Below are positions 41,388-51,488 of a stretch of 64,000 bases of DNA, in pieces. Every line of letters begins with the position of its first letter. The stretch's first letter is position 1. The DNA comes from Opitutales bacterium. GTDB lineage: Bacteria > Verrucomicrobiota > Verrucomicrobiia > Opitutales > JAFGAQ01. The DNA lies in assembly GCA_033813415.1 (NCBI GenBank), contig JAPXRV010000006.1, forward strand, positions 10,384 to 74,383. Direction: 5' to 3'. The notes beneath the pieces are model-generated. The model had not been told where the DNA came from, made no database searches, and saw only the letters and a list, made by a program, of their open reading frames with translations. The translations under genes were made by a program, and so were the position numbers.

Positions 41388-42764
41388 ATGAGCCTGTTGG
41401 ACAAACCTATCCGAAAGAAACGCATTGTCGTCCTTGGGGCCGGATTTGCCGGCCTCACCTTCTGTCGGCGATTCCGGTCAGAGTTTGCCGAGATTATTCT
41501 CATCGACCGGCAAAACCACCACCTCTTCCAGCCGCTGCTCTATCAGGTGGCCACTGCCGGCCTATCGATGCCGGAGATCTCCAGACCAATCCGCTCGATT
41601 CTCTCCCGCAGGAAGAATGTCACCGTGTTGATGGACGAAGTCACCGGTATCGATGCAGAGAACAAACAGGTGATCCTGAAAGCTCAGAAGGAACCCCTGG
41701 CCTTCGACTATCTGGTGATCGGCCTCGGTGCCCAGAACGACTACTTTGGCCATCCCGAGTGGGAGGCACACGCCCCCGGGCTGAAGTCACTCGACGATGC
41801 GATCCGCATCCGGCAAAACCTGCTGCTTGCCTTCGAGCAAGCCGAGATCACCGAAGATCCCGAAACCCAGAGGAGACTCCTCACGATCGCCGTCATCGGC
41901 GGCGGCCCAACTGGTGTGGAGCTCGCGGGAGCCTGCGCCGAGCTCGCCCGTGTCATTCTGCGCCGGGACTTCCGAAGGATTGATCCGGAAAAGACAAAGA
42001 TTATTCTCATCGAGGCTGGCGACCGCATCCTCTCCGCTTTTGACCCCGAGCTATCCGCTGAAGCCGAAAAACAACTTCGTCGCCTGGGGGTGAACATCCT
42101 CAAGAATGAGCCGGTGCAGTCCATTTCGAAGGAACAGGTCGTTCTCAAAGACCTCACGATTCAGGCAGGAACGATCCTCTGGGGCGCGGGAGTAAGGGGA
42201 AATCCACTCGCGGCCAAACTCGGAATCGAACTGGACTCCAAAGGCCGCATTCCGGTGAGAGCGGACTGCAGCCTGAACCAACACCGCAACATCTTCGCTG
42301 TCGGGGATATCGCCACCCTCAAGGACGGACTGGGACAACCCGTACCAACGGTTTCCCCGGCCGCCATGCAAATGGCAAACCATGTTGCACGCATCATCCG
42401 GGATGAGATCGAATGCCGCACCCAGATCACCCACAACCGCCCATCCTTTGTCTACAACAACAAGGGATCCATGGCCACGATAGGCCGGGCCGCCGCCATT
42501 GCCCAAATGGGGCGCCTCAAGTTGAAAGGATACCCCGCATGGCTCGCATGGTTGTTTGTCCATCTGATCTTCCTGATCGGATTCCGGAACAAAGCCTTTG
42601 TTCTGCTTCAGTGGGCATGGTCCTACTTCACCTACGGAAGCGGATCCCGGGTCATCTCGGGAATGGACAAGACCTTCAGGATCAAGCCTTTCGCGGTAAA
42701 TCCGGCATCCAGAGTCGATGAACTCGCCCAAATGGAGAACCAGAACACCGGCTCCGGGATCTGA
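41388..42764 (+). CDS. ndh: Type II NADH dehydrogenase (NDH-2)
   Basis: Two dinucleotide folds (RIVVLGAGFAG and IAVIGGGPTGVELAG), AVGDIA, and a C-terminal membrane-anchoring helix. Confidence 0.88.
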   Translation: MSLLDKPIRKKRIVVLGAGFAGLTFCRRFRSEFAEIILIDRQNHHLFQPLLYQVATAGLSMPEISRPIRSILSRRKNVTVLMDEVTGIDAENKQVILKAQKEPLAFDYLVIGLGAQNDYFGHPEWEAHAPGLKSLDDAIRIRQNLLLAFEQAEITEDPETQRRLLTIAVIGGGPTGVELAGACAELARVILRRDFRRIDPEKTKIILIEAGDRILSAFDPELSAEAEKQLRRLGVNILKNEPVQSISKEQVVLKDLTIQAGTILWGAGVRGNPLAAKLGIELDSKGRIPVRADCSLNQHRNIFAVGDIATLKDGLGQPVPTVSPAAMQMANHVARIIRDEIECRTQITHNRPSFVYNNKGSMATIGRAAAIAQMGRLKLKGYPAWLAWLFVHLIFLIGFRNKAFVLLQWAWSYFTYGSGSRVISGMDKTFRIKPFAVNPASRVDELAQMENQNTGSGI

Positions 42765-42870
42765 GTGGATTCAAGCGTTCAACCATTGAATGCCCATCGA
42801 TTGACGAAGCAACCGAGCCCCGGAGAATAGCCAATTCCCCATTTGCGCCAGCCGCACAACGGAGAGGCAT

Positions 42871-43338
42871 TCAGGCCCGGGACATGCGCAGAATGTGAGC
42901 CCGATGCTCAGGATAACGGGACAACAGCTTGTCGCGATCCGGCAACGCTGCGGGTTCAACAACATCCACTCCAGTCAGCACCACACCATAAAGCGTGAAT
43001 CCCTTTCGCGATTCCACTTCCGCCGCCACGAGCGTTCCCTCCGGGATCGACAACATGGGAAGCTCTCCCCGCGAAGGGTCCTTTCCCAGACGCTGGGCCA
43101 ACAGGTGATGCCGGACAAGGAAATACACCCACATGGGCTGTCCGGCATAATAGTGCCAGACCTGCGATTGTTTGACCTGATGAAAGCCCAAAGTCTCCCC
43201 TTCCTTCAGCATCCGGTAGCTACTGGCGGTGGAACACCCTTTTCCCACGGAACCACACCTATCCTCCAGACGACACCCATACCCACCCAAAGGGTGCTTG
43301 CTCATGCCAAGTAGATTGATCCAATTCTGTGCGTTCAT
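42871..43338 (-). CDS. Cupin domain protein (DUF985-like)
   Basis: MNAQNWINLLGMSKHPLGGY...SQVWHYYAG pattern. Start trimmed to 43338. Confidence 0.65.
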   Translation of the reverse strand: MNAQNWINLLGMSKHPLGGYGCRLEDRCGSVGKGCSTASSYRMLKEGETLGFHQVKQSQVWHYYAGQPMWVYFLVRHHLLAQRLGKDPSRGELPMLSIPEGTLVAAEVESRKGFTLYGVVLTGVDVVEPAALPDRDKLLSRYPEHRAHILRMSRA

Positions 43339-43566
43339 CCTGCTTCGTGCGTGACCATACTGTGGAGATTCCGGATTCCACCGCCAACGGGAAGGAATCC
43401 GCACCAAGTATGCTTGCCCATCTGCGGTCTTGTCAAGCGGAGCACCCGGTTTCCTGCCCGGATTACATCCCCGATAACCTGTGCTTTGAATTTGACATCC
43501 ACTCTATCTGGCCACATCGATAGACGTTAATTAGCCAGCTCTAATATTGAACAGCATATTCACGCC

Positions 43567-43812
43567 ATGCCAATCTACGAATACGAAATCATCCCATCCG
43601 ATGAGAAAACCCAACCCGCCGGACGATTCGAAATCCGTCAGTCCATGGCCGATGCCCCGCTGACCCGGCATCCCGAAACAGGCGAGCCCGTCCGGCGGGT
43701 CTACGCCGCCTTCAGTGTGGGAACAGGCGGTTCCAGCAGCAGCTCAAAATCATCGGCATCCTATCATGGAAACTCCTGCGGATGCTGCGGTGGAGGCTCC
43801 TGCCCACTGTAA
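43567..43812 (+). CDS. FmdB-family-like small protein with a Ser-rich linker and Cys-rich tail
   Basis: MPIYEYE N-terminus and a DAPLT(R)HPETGEPVRRV core. The C-terminus is SCGCCGGGSCPL. The canonical CxxC pairs of the zinc ribbon are absent. Confidence 0.6.
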   Translation: MPIYEYEIIPSDEKTQPAGRFEIRQSMADAPLTRHPETGEPVRRVYAAFSVGTGGSSSSSKSSASYHGNSCGCCGGGSCPL

Positions 43813-44030
43813 GAAAAGCCGGAAAACATCACCCCATCGAACGGGTGTTTCCTTTCTCAGTAGCGCATCCAGCATAAATGGAATGTTACCGCGGCAGGAC
43901 CTCGGGCTAACAACACCCAGCCCGATCACATAACTGACATCGAGCGATCCATGGAGGTATCGTGGGTGTTCGGGTTTGACTGCTCTTTCCCTTTGTGTCA
44001 TTGCCCAAACTTTTTAGGAGAGAGAAGCAT

Positions 44031-45650
44031 ATGTTGAACAGGGCAGACAAGGAGATCAAGCGGAGGAGGACCTTTGCCATCATTTCGCACCCGGACGCTG
44101 GCAAGACCACCCTTACCGAGAAACTCCTGCTGTATGGCGGCGCGCTTCAGATGGCGGGCTCGGTAACCGCACGGCGCAAGGAACGCGCCACCACCTCCGA
44201 CTGGATGGCCATGGAAGCGAAGCGCGGGATTTCGGTCAGCTCGACTGTGATGCAGTTCGATTACCGCGATTTCATCATCAATCTGGTTGACACCCCCGGT
44301 CACGAAGACTTCTCGGAAGATACCTTCCGCGTGCTGACCGCCGTCGATGCCGCAATCATGGTGGTCGATGCGGCAAAGGGGATCGAAGCGCAGACCCGCA
44401 AGCTCTTCGAGGTCTGTCGCATGCGGGGTGTGCCCATCTTCACCTTTGTCAACAAGTGCGACCGGCCTGGTCGGGATCCGCTCTCCCTGATGGATGAAAT
44501 CGAGTCCGTGCTGGGCATCCACGCCTATGCGGTCAACTGGCCCATCGGCATGGGATTTGATCTCATGGGTGTCTTTGACCGCTTGCGTTCCCGCGCCCAC
44601 TTTTTCAGGAAAACAGGCAAAGGCGCCCTGCGCGCAGAGGAAAAGGTCACCAGTGTCGATGATCCGACCATCCGCGAACACCTTTCCGAGGACGGGATTC
44701 ACCACCTCATCGAGGAAATGGATATTCTTGAGATGGCCGGGGCATCCTTCGACACGGAAGAGGTGCTCCAAGGGATGGTCACCCCGGTATATTTCGGCAG
44801 CGCCCTTAACAACTTCGGGGTTCAGCTCCTCCTCGACGGGTTCCTTGAGTTTGCACCAACGCCGCGGCCACGCTTATCCGGCGAGACCACGATCACACCC
44901 GAACACGAGCCGTTTTCGGCCTACGTTTTCAAGATCCAGGCCAATATGGACCCCAACCACCGCGACCGCGTCGCCTTCGTCCGGGTGTGTTCGGGAATGT
45001 TCGCCAGAGACATGGTCGTGACCCATGTGCAGAGCGGCAAACGCCTGCGCCTATCCTTCTCGCACAAGCTCTTCGGGAGAGAGCGGGAAACCCAGGATGA
45101 AGCATGGCCGGGCGACGTGATCGGGATTGGCGGGCACTCCGGTCTGGGGATCGGCGATACCCTTACTGAAGATCCATCCATCCGCTACGACGAAATCCCC
45201 CGATTCGCTCCCGAGTGTTTCGCATTTCTTCGCAACGAAGACACCAGTAACTTCAAGCGCTTCCGGGCTGGAATTGAACAGCTCCTTCAGGAGAAGGTGG
45301 TCCAGAGCTTCCGGGAAGTCGGTATTCCTCGTTCCGCTCCACTCCTGGGCGCTGTCGGGCCCCTGCAGTTTGACGTCGTCAAGTTCCGCCTCGAGACCGA
45401 ATACCGCGCCCCTGCCCGCCTTGAGCCGGCATCGTGGACCATCACCCGTTGGGTGGCCGATCCTCCCTCCCTCGAGGTGCTCAAGGGGCTGTCCATGTCC
45501 GGAATCCAACTCGTTCTCGACGACTGCGACCGGCCGGTCTTCCTTTTCGCCGGCACATGGAACCTCCAGTATTTCCAGACCAAGTTCAAGGACATCCAGT
45601 TGCTTGAGTATGCCCCGGATGCCGCCCCCAAAGCGGTCCTGGCCGAGTAA
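44031..45650 (+). CDS. prfC: Peptide chain release factor 3
   Basis: RRTFAIISHPDAGKTTLTEKLLLYGG, DTPGHEDF and NKCD GTPase motifs. Start trimmed to MLNRADKE at 44031. Confidence 0.92.
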   Translation: MLNRADKEIKRRRTFAIISHPDAGKTTLTEKLLLYGGALQMAGSVTARRKERATTSDWMAMEAKRGISVSSTVMQFDYRDFIINLVDTPGHEDFSEDTFRVLTAVDAAIMVVDAAKGIEAQTRKLFEVCRMRGVPIFTFVNKCDRPGRDPLSLMDEIESVLGIHAYAVNWPIGMGFDLMGVFDRLRSRAHFFRKTGKGALRAEEKVTSVDDPTIREHLSEDGIHHLIEEMDILEMAGASFDTEEVLQGMVTPVYFGSALNNFGVQLLLDGFLEFAPTPRPRLSGETTITPEHEPFSAYVFKIQANMDPNHRDRVAFVRVCSGMFARDMVVTHVQSGKRLRLSFSHKLFGRERETQDEAWPGDVIGIGGHSGLGIGDTLTEDPSIRYDEIPRFAPECFAFLRNEDTSNFKRFRAGIEQLLQEKVVQSFREVGIPRSAPLLGAVGPLQFDVVKFRLETEYRAPARLEPASWTITRWVADPPSLEVLKGLSMSGIQLVLDDCDRPVFLFAGTWNLQYFQTKFKDIQLLEYAPDAAPKAVLAE

Positions 45651-45874
45651 GGTTTGCCCCTCGGAAAACAGGTCACTGCATGAGCCTGGAAGGTCCTGCT
45701 GACGAAGATTGGGAGTGATCCAAGCGATTACCTCACGGAACAGAATCTTTCTATCGTTGGAACGTCTTTTTTCCGTCCGGCCGGGTTGCCTCGCGGGCAA
45801 TCCTGAATACGCGTACCAAATGGGAGTTTCATCGCCGATGGTCGGCGTTGACTCCGGATGAAAGGATTCAACGC

Positions 45875-47158
45875 ATGCAATCCATCGCGATCGTCGGAAC
45901 CGGAGTTGCCGGGCTTACCTGTGCATGGTATCTCAAGGATCTCTACCGTATCAGCCTGTATGAGAGGGAAGACTACCCGGGCGGCCACACCCACACGGTG
46001 GAGATCGAGGAAAACGGAAAAACAATCCCGGTCGACACCGGGTTCATGGTGTTCAACGATCCGACCTACCCGAACATCAACCGCATGTTCGACGAGCTTC
46101 AGGTCCCCTCGTTTAACACCGACATGTCATTCGGGGTGCATGACACCCTTAAGGGGTCGTATTACACTTCCCAAGGCTTCAACGGATTCTTTGCATGCCG
46201 GAAGAACCTGATCCGTCCGTCACATTGGAAGCTTGCGTCGGGCATCAAAAAGCTCTTCGAGACCGCCAACCGTTTTGTCGATGCCGCTTCCGACCACCGG
46301 ATGACGGTTGCTGAGTTTTTTGAACAAACCGGATTGGACCCGGCCATCGCCCGGGACTTCCTGCTTCCAATGGCATCGGCTATTTGGTCCACCCATGGTC
46401 AACGCATCACCGACTATCCGGCGTTGTCCCTCTTCCGTTTCATGAGAAACCACGGACTTCTCGGAATCGGAACCCAGTTTCAGTGGAAAACGATCCCGGG
46501 TGGGAGCAAAGTTTACCGCGATAAAATCCTGAGCGCACTCGAGACCCCGCCCATGCTCAACCGTCCGGTCTACGCCGTCACACGCGAACATCAGGGGGTA
46601 AGGGTCATGGACAAATCCGGAAACAGCGAACGCTTCGACTACTGTATCGTGGCAACCCATGCCGATGAAGCCCTTGCGCTGCTGCCCGAGCCGCTGCCCA
46701 TCGAGCACGATCTTCTATCCTGCTTCCAATACTCCACCAACCGCGCGATTCTGCACTGCGACGCCTCCGTCCTGCCCCCGGCAAAGCGGGCATGGGTGAG
46801 CTGGAATTACCGCCTGGACGGCCACTCCGATGGGCTCCCCCGTGCGTCAACGCACTACTGGATGAATAGCCTCCAGCCACTTGGGACATCCACTCCATGG
46901 ATCGTCAGCATCGACTACTCGGGATCGCTCAATCCGGAGTTGGTCCGCTGGCAACAGGACTACAAACACCCGAGCTTCGACCCCGCCTCCGTTGAGGCTC
47001 AGGACAAACTCCCGTCACTCAATGAACAGGGCCCCATCTTCTATTGCGGCAGCTACTTCCGCTACGGGTTTCATGAAGACGCCCATGTCGCCGGACTTCA
47101 GGTCGTCAAATCCCTCAAAAACCGCCTCGGTCTCGATCATGAAATCCTGCCTGTATAA
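45875..47158 (+). CDS. FAD-dependent oxidoreductase (amine-oxidase/desaturase fold), first gene of a lipid-modification operon
   Basis: MQSIAIVGTGVAGLTCAW Rossmann start. Overlaps the next gene by 20 nt. Confidence 0.8.
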   Translation: MQSIAIVGTGVAGLTCAWYLKDLYRISLYEREDYPGGHTHTVEIEENGKTIPVDTGFMVFNDPTYPNINRMFDELQVPSFNTDMSFGVHDTLKGSYYTSQGFNGFFACRKNLIRPSHWKLASGIKKLFETANRFVDAASDHRMTVAEFFEQTGLDPAIARDFLLPMASAIWSTHGQRITDYPALSLFRFMRNHGLLGIGTQFQWKTIPGGSKVYRDKILSALETPPMLNRPVYAVTREHQGVRVMDKSGNSERFDYCIVATHADEALALLPEPLPIEHDLLSCFQYSTNRAILHCDASVLPPAKRAWVSWNYRLDGHSDGLPRASTHYWMNSLQPLGTSTPWIVSIDYSGSLNPELVRWQQDYKHPSFDPASVEAQDKLPSLNEQGPIFYCGSYFRYGFHEDAHVAGLQVVKSLKNRLGLDHEILPV

Positions 47159-47942
47159 CTGCGAAATCTACCATGACCGAAGGCGACCGAAGGTGCATGC
47201 CTTCAACTATCGGGTCTTCATGTTCTGCATCGATCTGGATGAAGTTCATCTGCTCGATCGCAATCCTCTAATCGGACACTGGCCTGGAACCATCTATTCC
47301 CTGCGGGCCACCGATCACCTTCAGTCCGGCGCATCCTCCATCCGGGAAAACCTCATCCGCTACCTGCGCCGCCAAGGATACACCGGAACCATCGGCTCGA
47401 TCCGCCTGGTCACCCACTTGCGGACCCTCGGATACATCTTCAACCCGGTCTCCTTCTACTTCATCGCCGATGCGGACGGACATCCCGCCTGCATCCTCGC
47501 AGAAGTGGCCAATACCTTTAACGAACAAAAACTCTACATCCTCGGGCCGGATACCCTCTCGCACGGCCGATTCAGGGACCAGCAGGTCAAGGAATTCTAC
47601 ATCTCCCCGTTCTCCGCCGCCGGAACAAAGCTGCACTTCAGCATGCGATTTCCAGATGACCGGCTTCAGATCGCCATCGATCAATCGGACGAAGAAGGGA
47701 TATTCTTCCGCAGTGGAATGAAAGGCCAACGGATTCCGCTCACCACCAGAAACCTCCTGCTTCAGACCCTCCGATACCCCTGGATCACCCTTCAGGGGAT
47801 CGTGGCCATCCACGTGCACGCGCTCATCCTTGCGATCAAAAAGGTTCCTTTCTACCGCAAAGAGGCCCAGCCCGATCTCCAGAAAAACATCCGCACCTAC
47901 CTCAACGCGCGCCCGATGCGCGTTCCCGACCCTCTTGTCTAG
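47139..47942 (+). CDS. DUF1365 family protein
   Basis: MKSCLYNCEIYHDRRRPKVHAFNYRVFMFCIDLDE is the typical DUF1365 N-terminus. Sits between the FAD oxidoreductase and the CFA-synthase-like gene. Confidence 0.8.
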   Translation: MKSCLYNCEIYHDRRRPKVHAFNYRVFMFCIDLDEVHLLDRNPLIGHWPGTIYSLRATDHLQSGASSIRENLIRYLRRQGYTGTIGSIRLVTHLRTLGYIFNPVSFYFIADADGHPACILAEVANTFNEQKLYILGPDTLSHGRFRDQQVKEFYISPFSAAGTKLHFSMRFPDDRLQIAIDQSDEEGIFFRSGMKGQRIPLTTRNLLLQTLRYPWITLQGIVAIHVHALILAIKKVPFYRKEAQPDLQKNIRTYLNARPMRVPDPLV

Positions 47943-48149
47943 CCAAACAGAATCCGGAAAACAAAACCCGGCGACAACCTCCAGTTCATGCATTCACAAA
48001 TCGCCCTCGACTAAACATCCCGCTCAAGCCATTGACCGGAGTTCCATTCATCTTCCGCCAAAGCACTACTAGCATTCAAACGTCCACTTCACCCGTTATC
48101 TGTTCGCTGGCCAATTGCCAGGGAATCCTTCCGCAAACTGTCTCCTGTC

Positions 48150-49436
48150 ATGAGATCCATCACCTGCGAAAACCTGCTCCTCGACGCATTCACCCGAATC
48201 CGCACCGGTCAGCTTCTCCTCACCTTGCCCGACGGATCCACCCGCTTTTTCGGTTCATCCGATACCGATGGACCGAGCGTATCGATCGTAGTCAAAGATC
48301 GTGAGTGGTTCCGCAGAGTGGTGTTGGGCGATGACATCGGACTGGGCGAATCCTTCATCGAAGGACTCTGGGAAACCGATGACCTCAGTGGATTCCTCAA
48401 GCTCCTGCTCCTGAACCGGCACCACCTCGGGAATCCAGCCATAGGATTAGTGCTTCCTGTCTTTAAGAAAATCGCACAAGGAGCCGATTGGATCCGGCAC
48501 CTCCTGAACGGAAACACACGCAGCGGAAGCGTCAGGAACATCCACGCCCACTACGATCTCGGAAATCAGTTCTACCAGCAATTTCTGGATCCGGGCATGA
48601 CCTATTCCTCCGCATGGTTCTCCTCTCCGCATGATGCACTTGAGGATGCCCAAACCGAAAAATATGACCGCCTTTGCCGCCGGCTCGATCTGCGCCCCGG
48701 TTTGAACGTGCTCGAGATTGGCTCCGGCTGGGGAGGCTTTGCGATTCACGCAGCCACACGCTACGGCTGCAACGTCACTTCCCTCACGGTTTCACAGGAA
48801 CAGTATGCTTACGCCAAAGAACGGGTTGCTGCCGCCGGTCTGGCGGATCGGGTCACCATTCTCTTCAAAGACTACCGTGACATGACCGGCCGCTTCGACC
48901 GGATTGCATCGATCGAAATGCTGGAGGCCGTCGGCCATGAGCACCTCAACAGCTACTTCAGGCAATGCGCCCGGCTGCTCACTCCCGACGGAATCGTCGG
49001 CCTACAGGTCATCCTCACCCCGGATTCCCGCGATCACGGCTACCGGAGGCGATCCGACTACATCCGTAAGCATATCTTCCCAGGCGGCCATGTGCCCACT
49101 TTCAAGAGCATACACGAGGCAGTGGCCCGCCATTCCAACTGGGATCTCCAGCACATGGAATCCTTTGGCACCCACTACGCCGAGACCCTCCGCAGATGGC
49201 GGGCACGCTTCCTCGAAACCACCACCCAACGCCGGGTATTGGGCTTCCCGGAAGCTTTTGACCGCAAGTGGCTCTTCTACTTCGCCTTCTGCGAAGCCGG
49301 CTTCGAATGCCGCCACATTCAGGTTGCCCAGCTCATCTACGCCGCACCCGATAATGCGGAACATCTTTATGGCGACAATTGTCTCTCACTGGAATCCGAC
49401 ATTCCTGTTCGCAATCCCATGAAAACAACCGGCTGA
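48150..49436 (+). CDS. Cyclopropane-fatty-acyl-phospholipid synthase family SAM-dependent methyltransferase
   Basis: HYDLGNQFYQQFLDPGMTYSSAWF and VLEIGSGWGGFAIHAA motifs. Confidence 0.88.
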   Translation: MRSITCENLLLDAFTRIRTGQLLLTLPDGSTRFFGSSDTDGPSVSIVVKDREWFRRVVLGDDIGLGESFIEGLWETDDLSGFLKLLLLNRHHLGNPAIGLVLPVFKKIAQGADWIRHLLNGNTRSGSVRNIHAHYDLGNQFYQQFLDPGMTYSSAWFSSPHDALEDAQTEKYDRLCRRLDLRPGLNVLEIGSGWGGFAIHAATRYGCNVTSLTVSQEQYAYAKERVAAAGLADRVTILFKDYRDMTGRFDRIASIEMLEAVGHEHLNSYFRQCARLLTPDGIVGLQVILTPDSRDHGYRRRSDYIRKHIFPGGHVPTFKSIHEAVARHSNWDLQHMESFGTHYAETLRRWRARFLETTTQRRVLGFPEAFDRKWLFYFAFCEAGFECRHIQVAQLIYAAPDNAEHLYGDNCLSLESDIPVRNPMKTTG

Positions 49437-49470
49437 TCCGATCCGCCACCATCCCGAACCCATTCAAACC

Positions 49471-50283
49471 ATGTCAACCACCGGCCACCTTTCCTGTGCA
49501 CTGTCACTCGCGATCCTCATCATGATCCTGACCTGGGTCATCAGCATCCGCACCGACAAACCCTCATGGGTGGACGCGGTATGGGCCTACGCCATCGGTG
49601 CGCTGTCCCTCTTTCTCTTTGGGCTCAACTGGGCGGATGGACCCTCATGGCTCCCGCTCCTGATCGTCGTGGGTTGGTCCCTTCGTCTCGGCACCCACCT
49701 CTCCGTGCGCATCGCATCCAGCCACGAGGACGGCCGCTACACCACCCTTAAAAAAGACTGGGGTGGCGTGAAGTCCCCCATGATGTTCGGCTTTTTCATG
49801 ATCCAGGCTGCCGCGGCCTTCATCTTCGCGCTCCCCGCATATTTTGCGATGAAACACACCCCAGCCGAGTGGGGCATCCTCCACCTCCTCGCCATCCTCT
49901 GGGCCATCATGGCGCTCGGAGGCGAAACCCTGGCAGACGCCCAACTCAAGCGCTTCGCAAAAGTCCCCGAAAACAAGGGCCAAGTCTGCAAAAAGGGACT
50001 CTGGCGCTACTCGCGCCACCCCAACTACTTCTTTGAGTGGCTCTTCTGGTTCAGCTTCCCCATCCTCACATGGGGCACCCCGGGGTTCATCCCGACCTTG
50101 GTCATTCCCTTCATCATGCTCTTCCTGGTCACCCGCATGACCGGCATACCGCCAACGGAAGCACAAGCCCTACTCAAGCGGGGCGACCGCTACCGTGACT
50201 ACCAAAAAGAAACCAGTGCCTTCTTTCCGTGGTTTCCCCGGAAACTGCCGGATAACACCGACGCTCCAACGTCGCAGCAATAG
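49471..50283 (+). CDS. DUF1295 / steroid-5-alpha-reductase-like membrane protein
   Basis: Polytopic, with a C-terminal GLWRYSRHPNYFFEWLFW motif. Confidence 0.75.
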   Translation: MSTTGHLSCALSLAILIMILTWVISIRTDKPSWVDAVWAYAIGALSLFLFGLNWADGPSWLPLLIVVGWSLRLGTHLSVRIASSHEDGRYTTLKKDWGGVKSPMMFGFFMIQAAAAFIFALPAYFAMKHTPAEWGILHLLAILWAIMALGGETLADAQLKRFAKVPENKGQVCKKGLWRYSRHPNYFFEWLFWFSFPILTWGTPGFIPTLVIPFIMLFLVTRMTGIPPTEAQALLKRGDRYRDYQKETSAFFPWFPRKLPDNTDAPTSQQ

Positions 50284-50349
50284 GTATCCGACCTCCGGCC
50301 AGACGATTCCATACATAACAACAAACCCTTTATCCATAACACATAACCC

Positions 50350-50859
50350 ATGAAAACAACCCTTCTTGTCACCATTGCCATGCTCACATCACTCTTCTCC
50401 CACGCCAATCCGCTCGAAGTCGGACAGGATGCCCCGGCCGTCTCCGGAATCAATCAAGACAGCCAGACCGTCGACCTCGGGGCGGTCTTCTCCTCCGGGC
50501 TCACCCTTGTGTTCTTCTACCCCATGGCCGATACACCCGGATGCACCGCCCAGGCATGCAGTCTTCGCGACTCATTCCAGGAACTGGTGGACAAAGAGAT
50601 CCGCGTCTTCGGCGTAAGCACCGACAAACCCGAAAAACAAAAAGCATTCAAGGAAGGCAACCTCCTGCCATTTGACCTCATTGCGGACACCGACAAGGTC
50701 GTCAGCAAGGCCTTCGGCCGTGGAAGATGGGACCGCCAAGCCTACCTCATCCAGGACGGCAAAGTGATCTGGCGTGACCTCAAAGCCTCCACCAAGACCC
50801 AAGCCGCTGATTTCAAAACCGCATTGGAAGAACTCGGCATCGCCAAGTTCGCCCCCTGA
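50350..50859 (+). CDS. bcp: Peroxiredoxin, Bcp-type, with signal peptide
   Basis: FFYPMADTPGCTAQAC active-site motif and an N-terminal signal sequence. Confidence 0.85.
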   Translation: MKTTLLVTIAMLTSLFSHANPLEVGQDAPAVSGINQDSQTVDLGAVFSSGLTLVFFYPMADTPGCTAQACSLRDSFQELVDKEIRVFGVSTDKPEKQKAFKEGNLLPFDLIADTDKVVSKAFGRGRWDRQAYLIQDGKVIWRDLKASTKTQAADFKTALEELGIAKFAP

Positions 50860-51196
50860 CTCAAGAGCTCGCGGGACACTAGGGCCCGCAGGGCTGGAAG
50901 AGGGAATGCATAACCACGAAATTCGCGAAAAGCACGAAACAGTGAGTGGATGTAGTTTCTTTGGCGGATGAGTTTTTCCAGTTAGGCACAGAGCTGGACA
51001 AGTAATCCCGCACAGAGGACACGAAGTCATGGGAGACATTACTACACTTCAGGCGCGAGCAAGATGCTCCCGCTACTTTGGGATGCGCTTCGCGGAAGAA
51101 GACCTGGTTCTCACACGTAGGCGCGGAGGAGGATTGACTGAAATCATTTCCCCGTAGCGGAACGCGTGAGCGTTCCGAAGCTGGATTGGAATAGAG

Positions 51197-51277
51197 TTAA
51201 GAGTTCTCAACCACCGAGAGCGCAGAGGATCCAATATCAGATTCGACCTCTGGAAGAAAGGTCAGCAACCTAGGCAT
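51197..51277 (-). pseudogene. Truncated RelE/ParE-type toxin remnant (26 codons)
   Basis: The ATG at 51277 overlaps the antitoxin 3' end by 8 nt (CATGCCTAG). MPRLLTFLPEVESDIGSSALSVVENS* has a ParE-like start (L.F.PEAE.DI) and then runs into repeat-rich non-coding DNA. Confidence 0.45.
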
Positions 51278-51488
51278 GACTGGCCCGAATCTGCTTTTTC
51301 AATTGGCTCCAGGCTATCCCAGACCCGGGATTCTCGTCAAATCTCGCTCTGCGTCGACGGATTTCCTGAACGATTTGAGAATGATCCGGTAGAGATTCCT
51401 GATCCAACGCAATCGAATCCCAAAGGTCCTCCACCAATTGGAGCCTCTCTGGAATCGGAAGCGCTTTCAATCCGGATATTGTGTTCAT
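51270..51488 (-). CDS. Addiction-module antitoxin (putative addiction module component type)
   Basis: MNTISGLKALPIPERLQLVEDLWDSIALDQESLPDHSQIVQEIRRRRARFDENPGSGIAWSQLKKQI is the classic pattern of this antitoxin family. Confidence 0.7.
   Translation of the reverse strand: MNTISGLKALPIPERLQLVEDLWDSIALDQESLPDHSQIVQEIRRRRARFDENPGSGIAWSQLKKQIRASHA

Noticed and set aside
43998-45800. 257-aa and 249-aa minus-strand ORFs opposite prfC
   Set aside because: Shadow ORFs with Arg/Gly/Pro-rich composition. prfC on the + strand has GTPase motifs.
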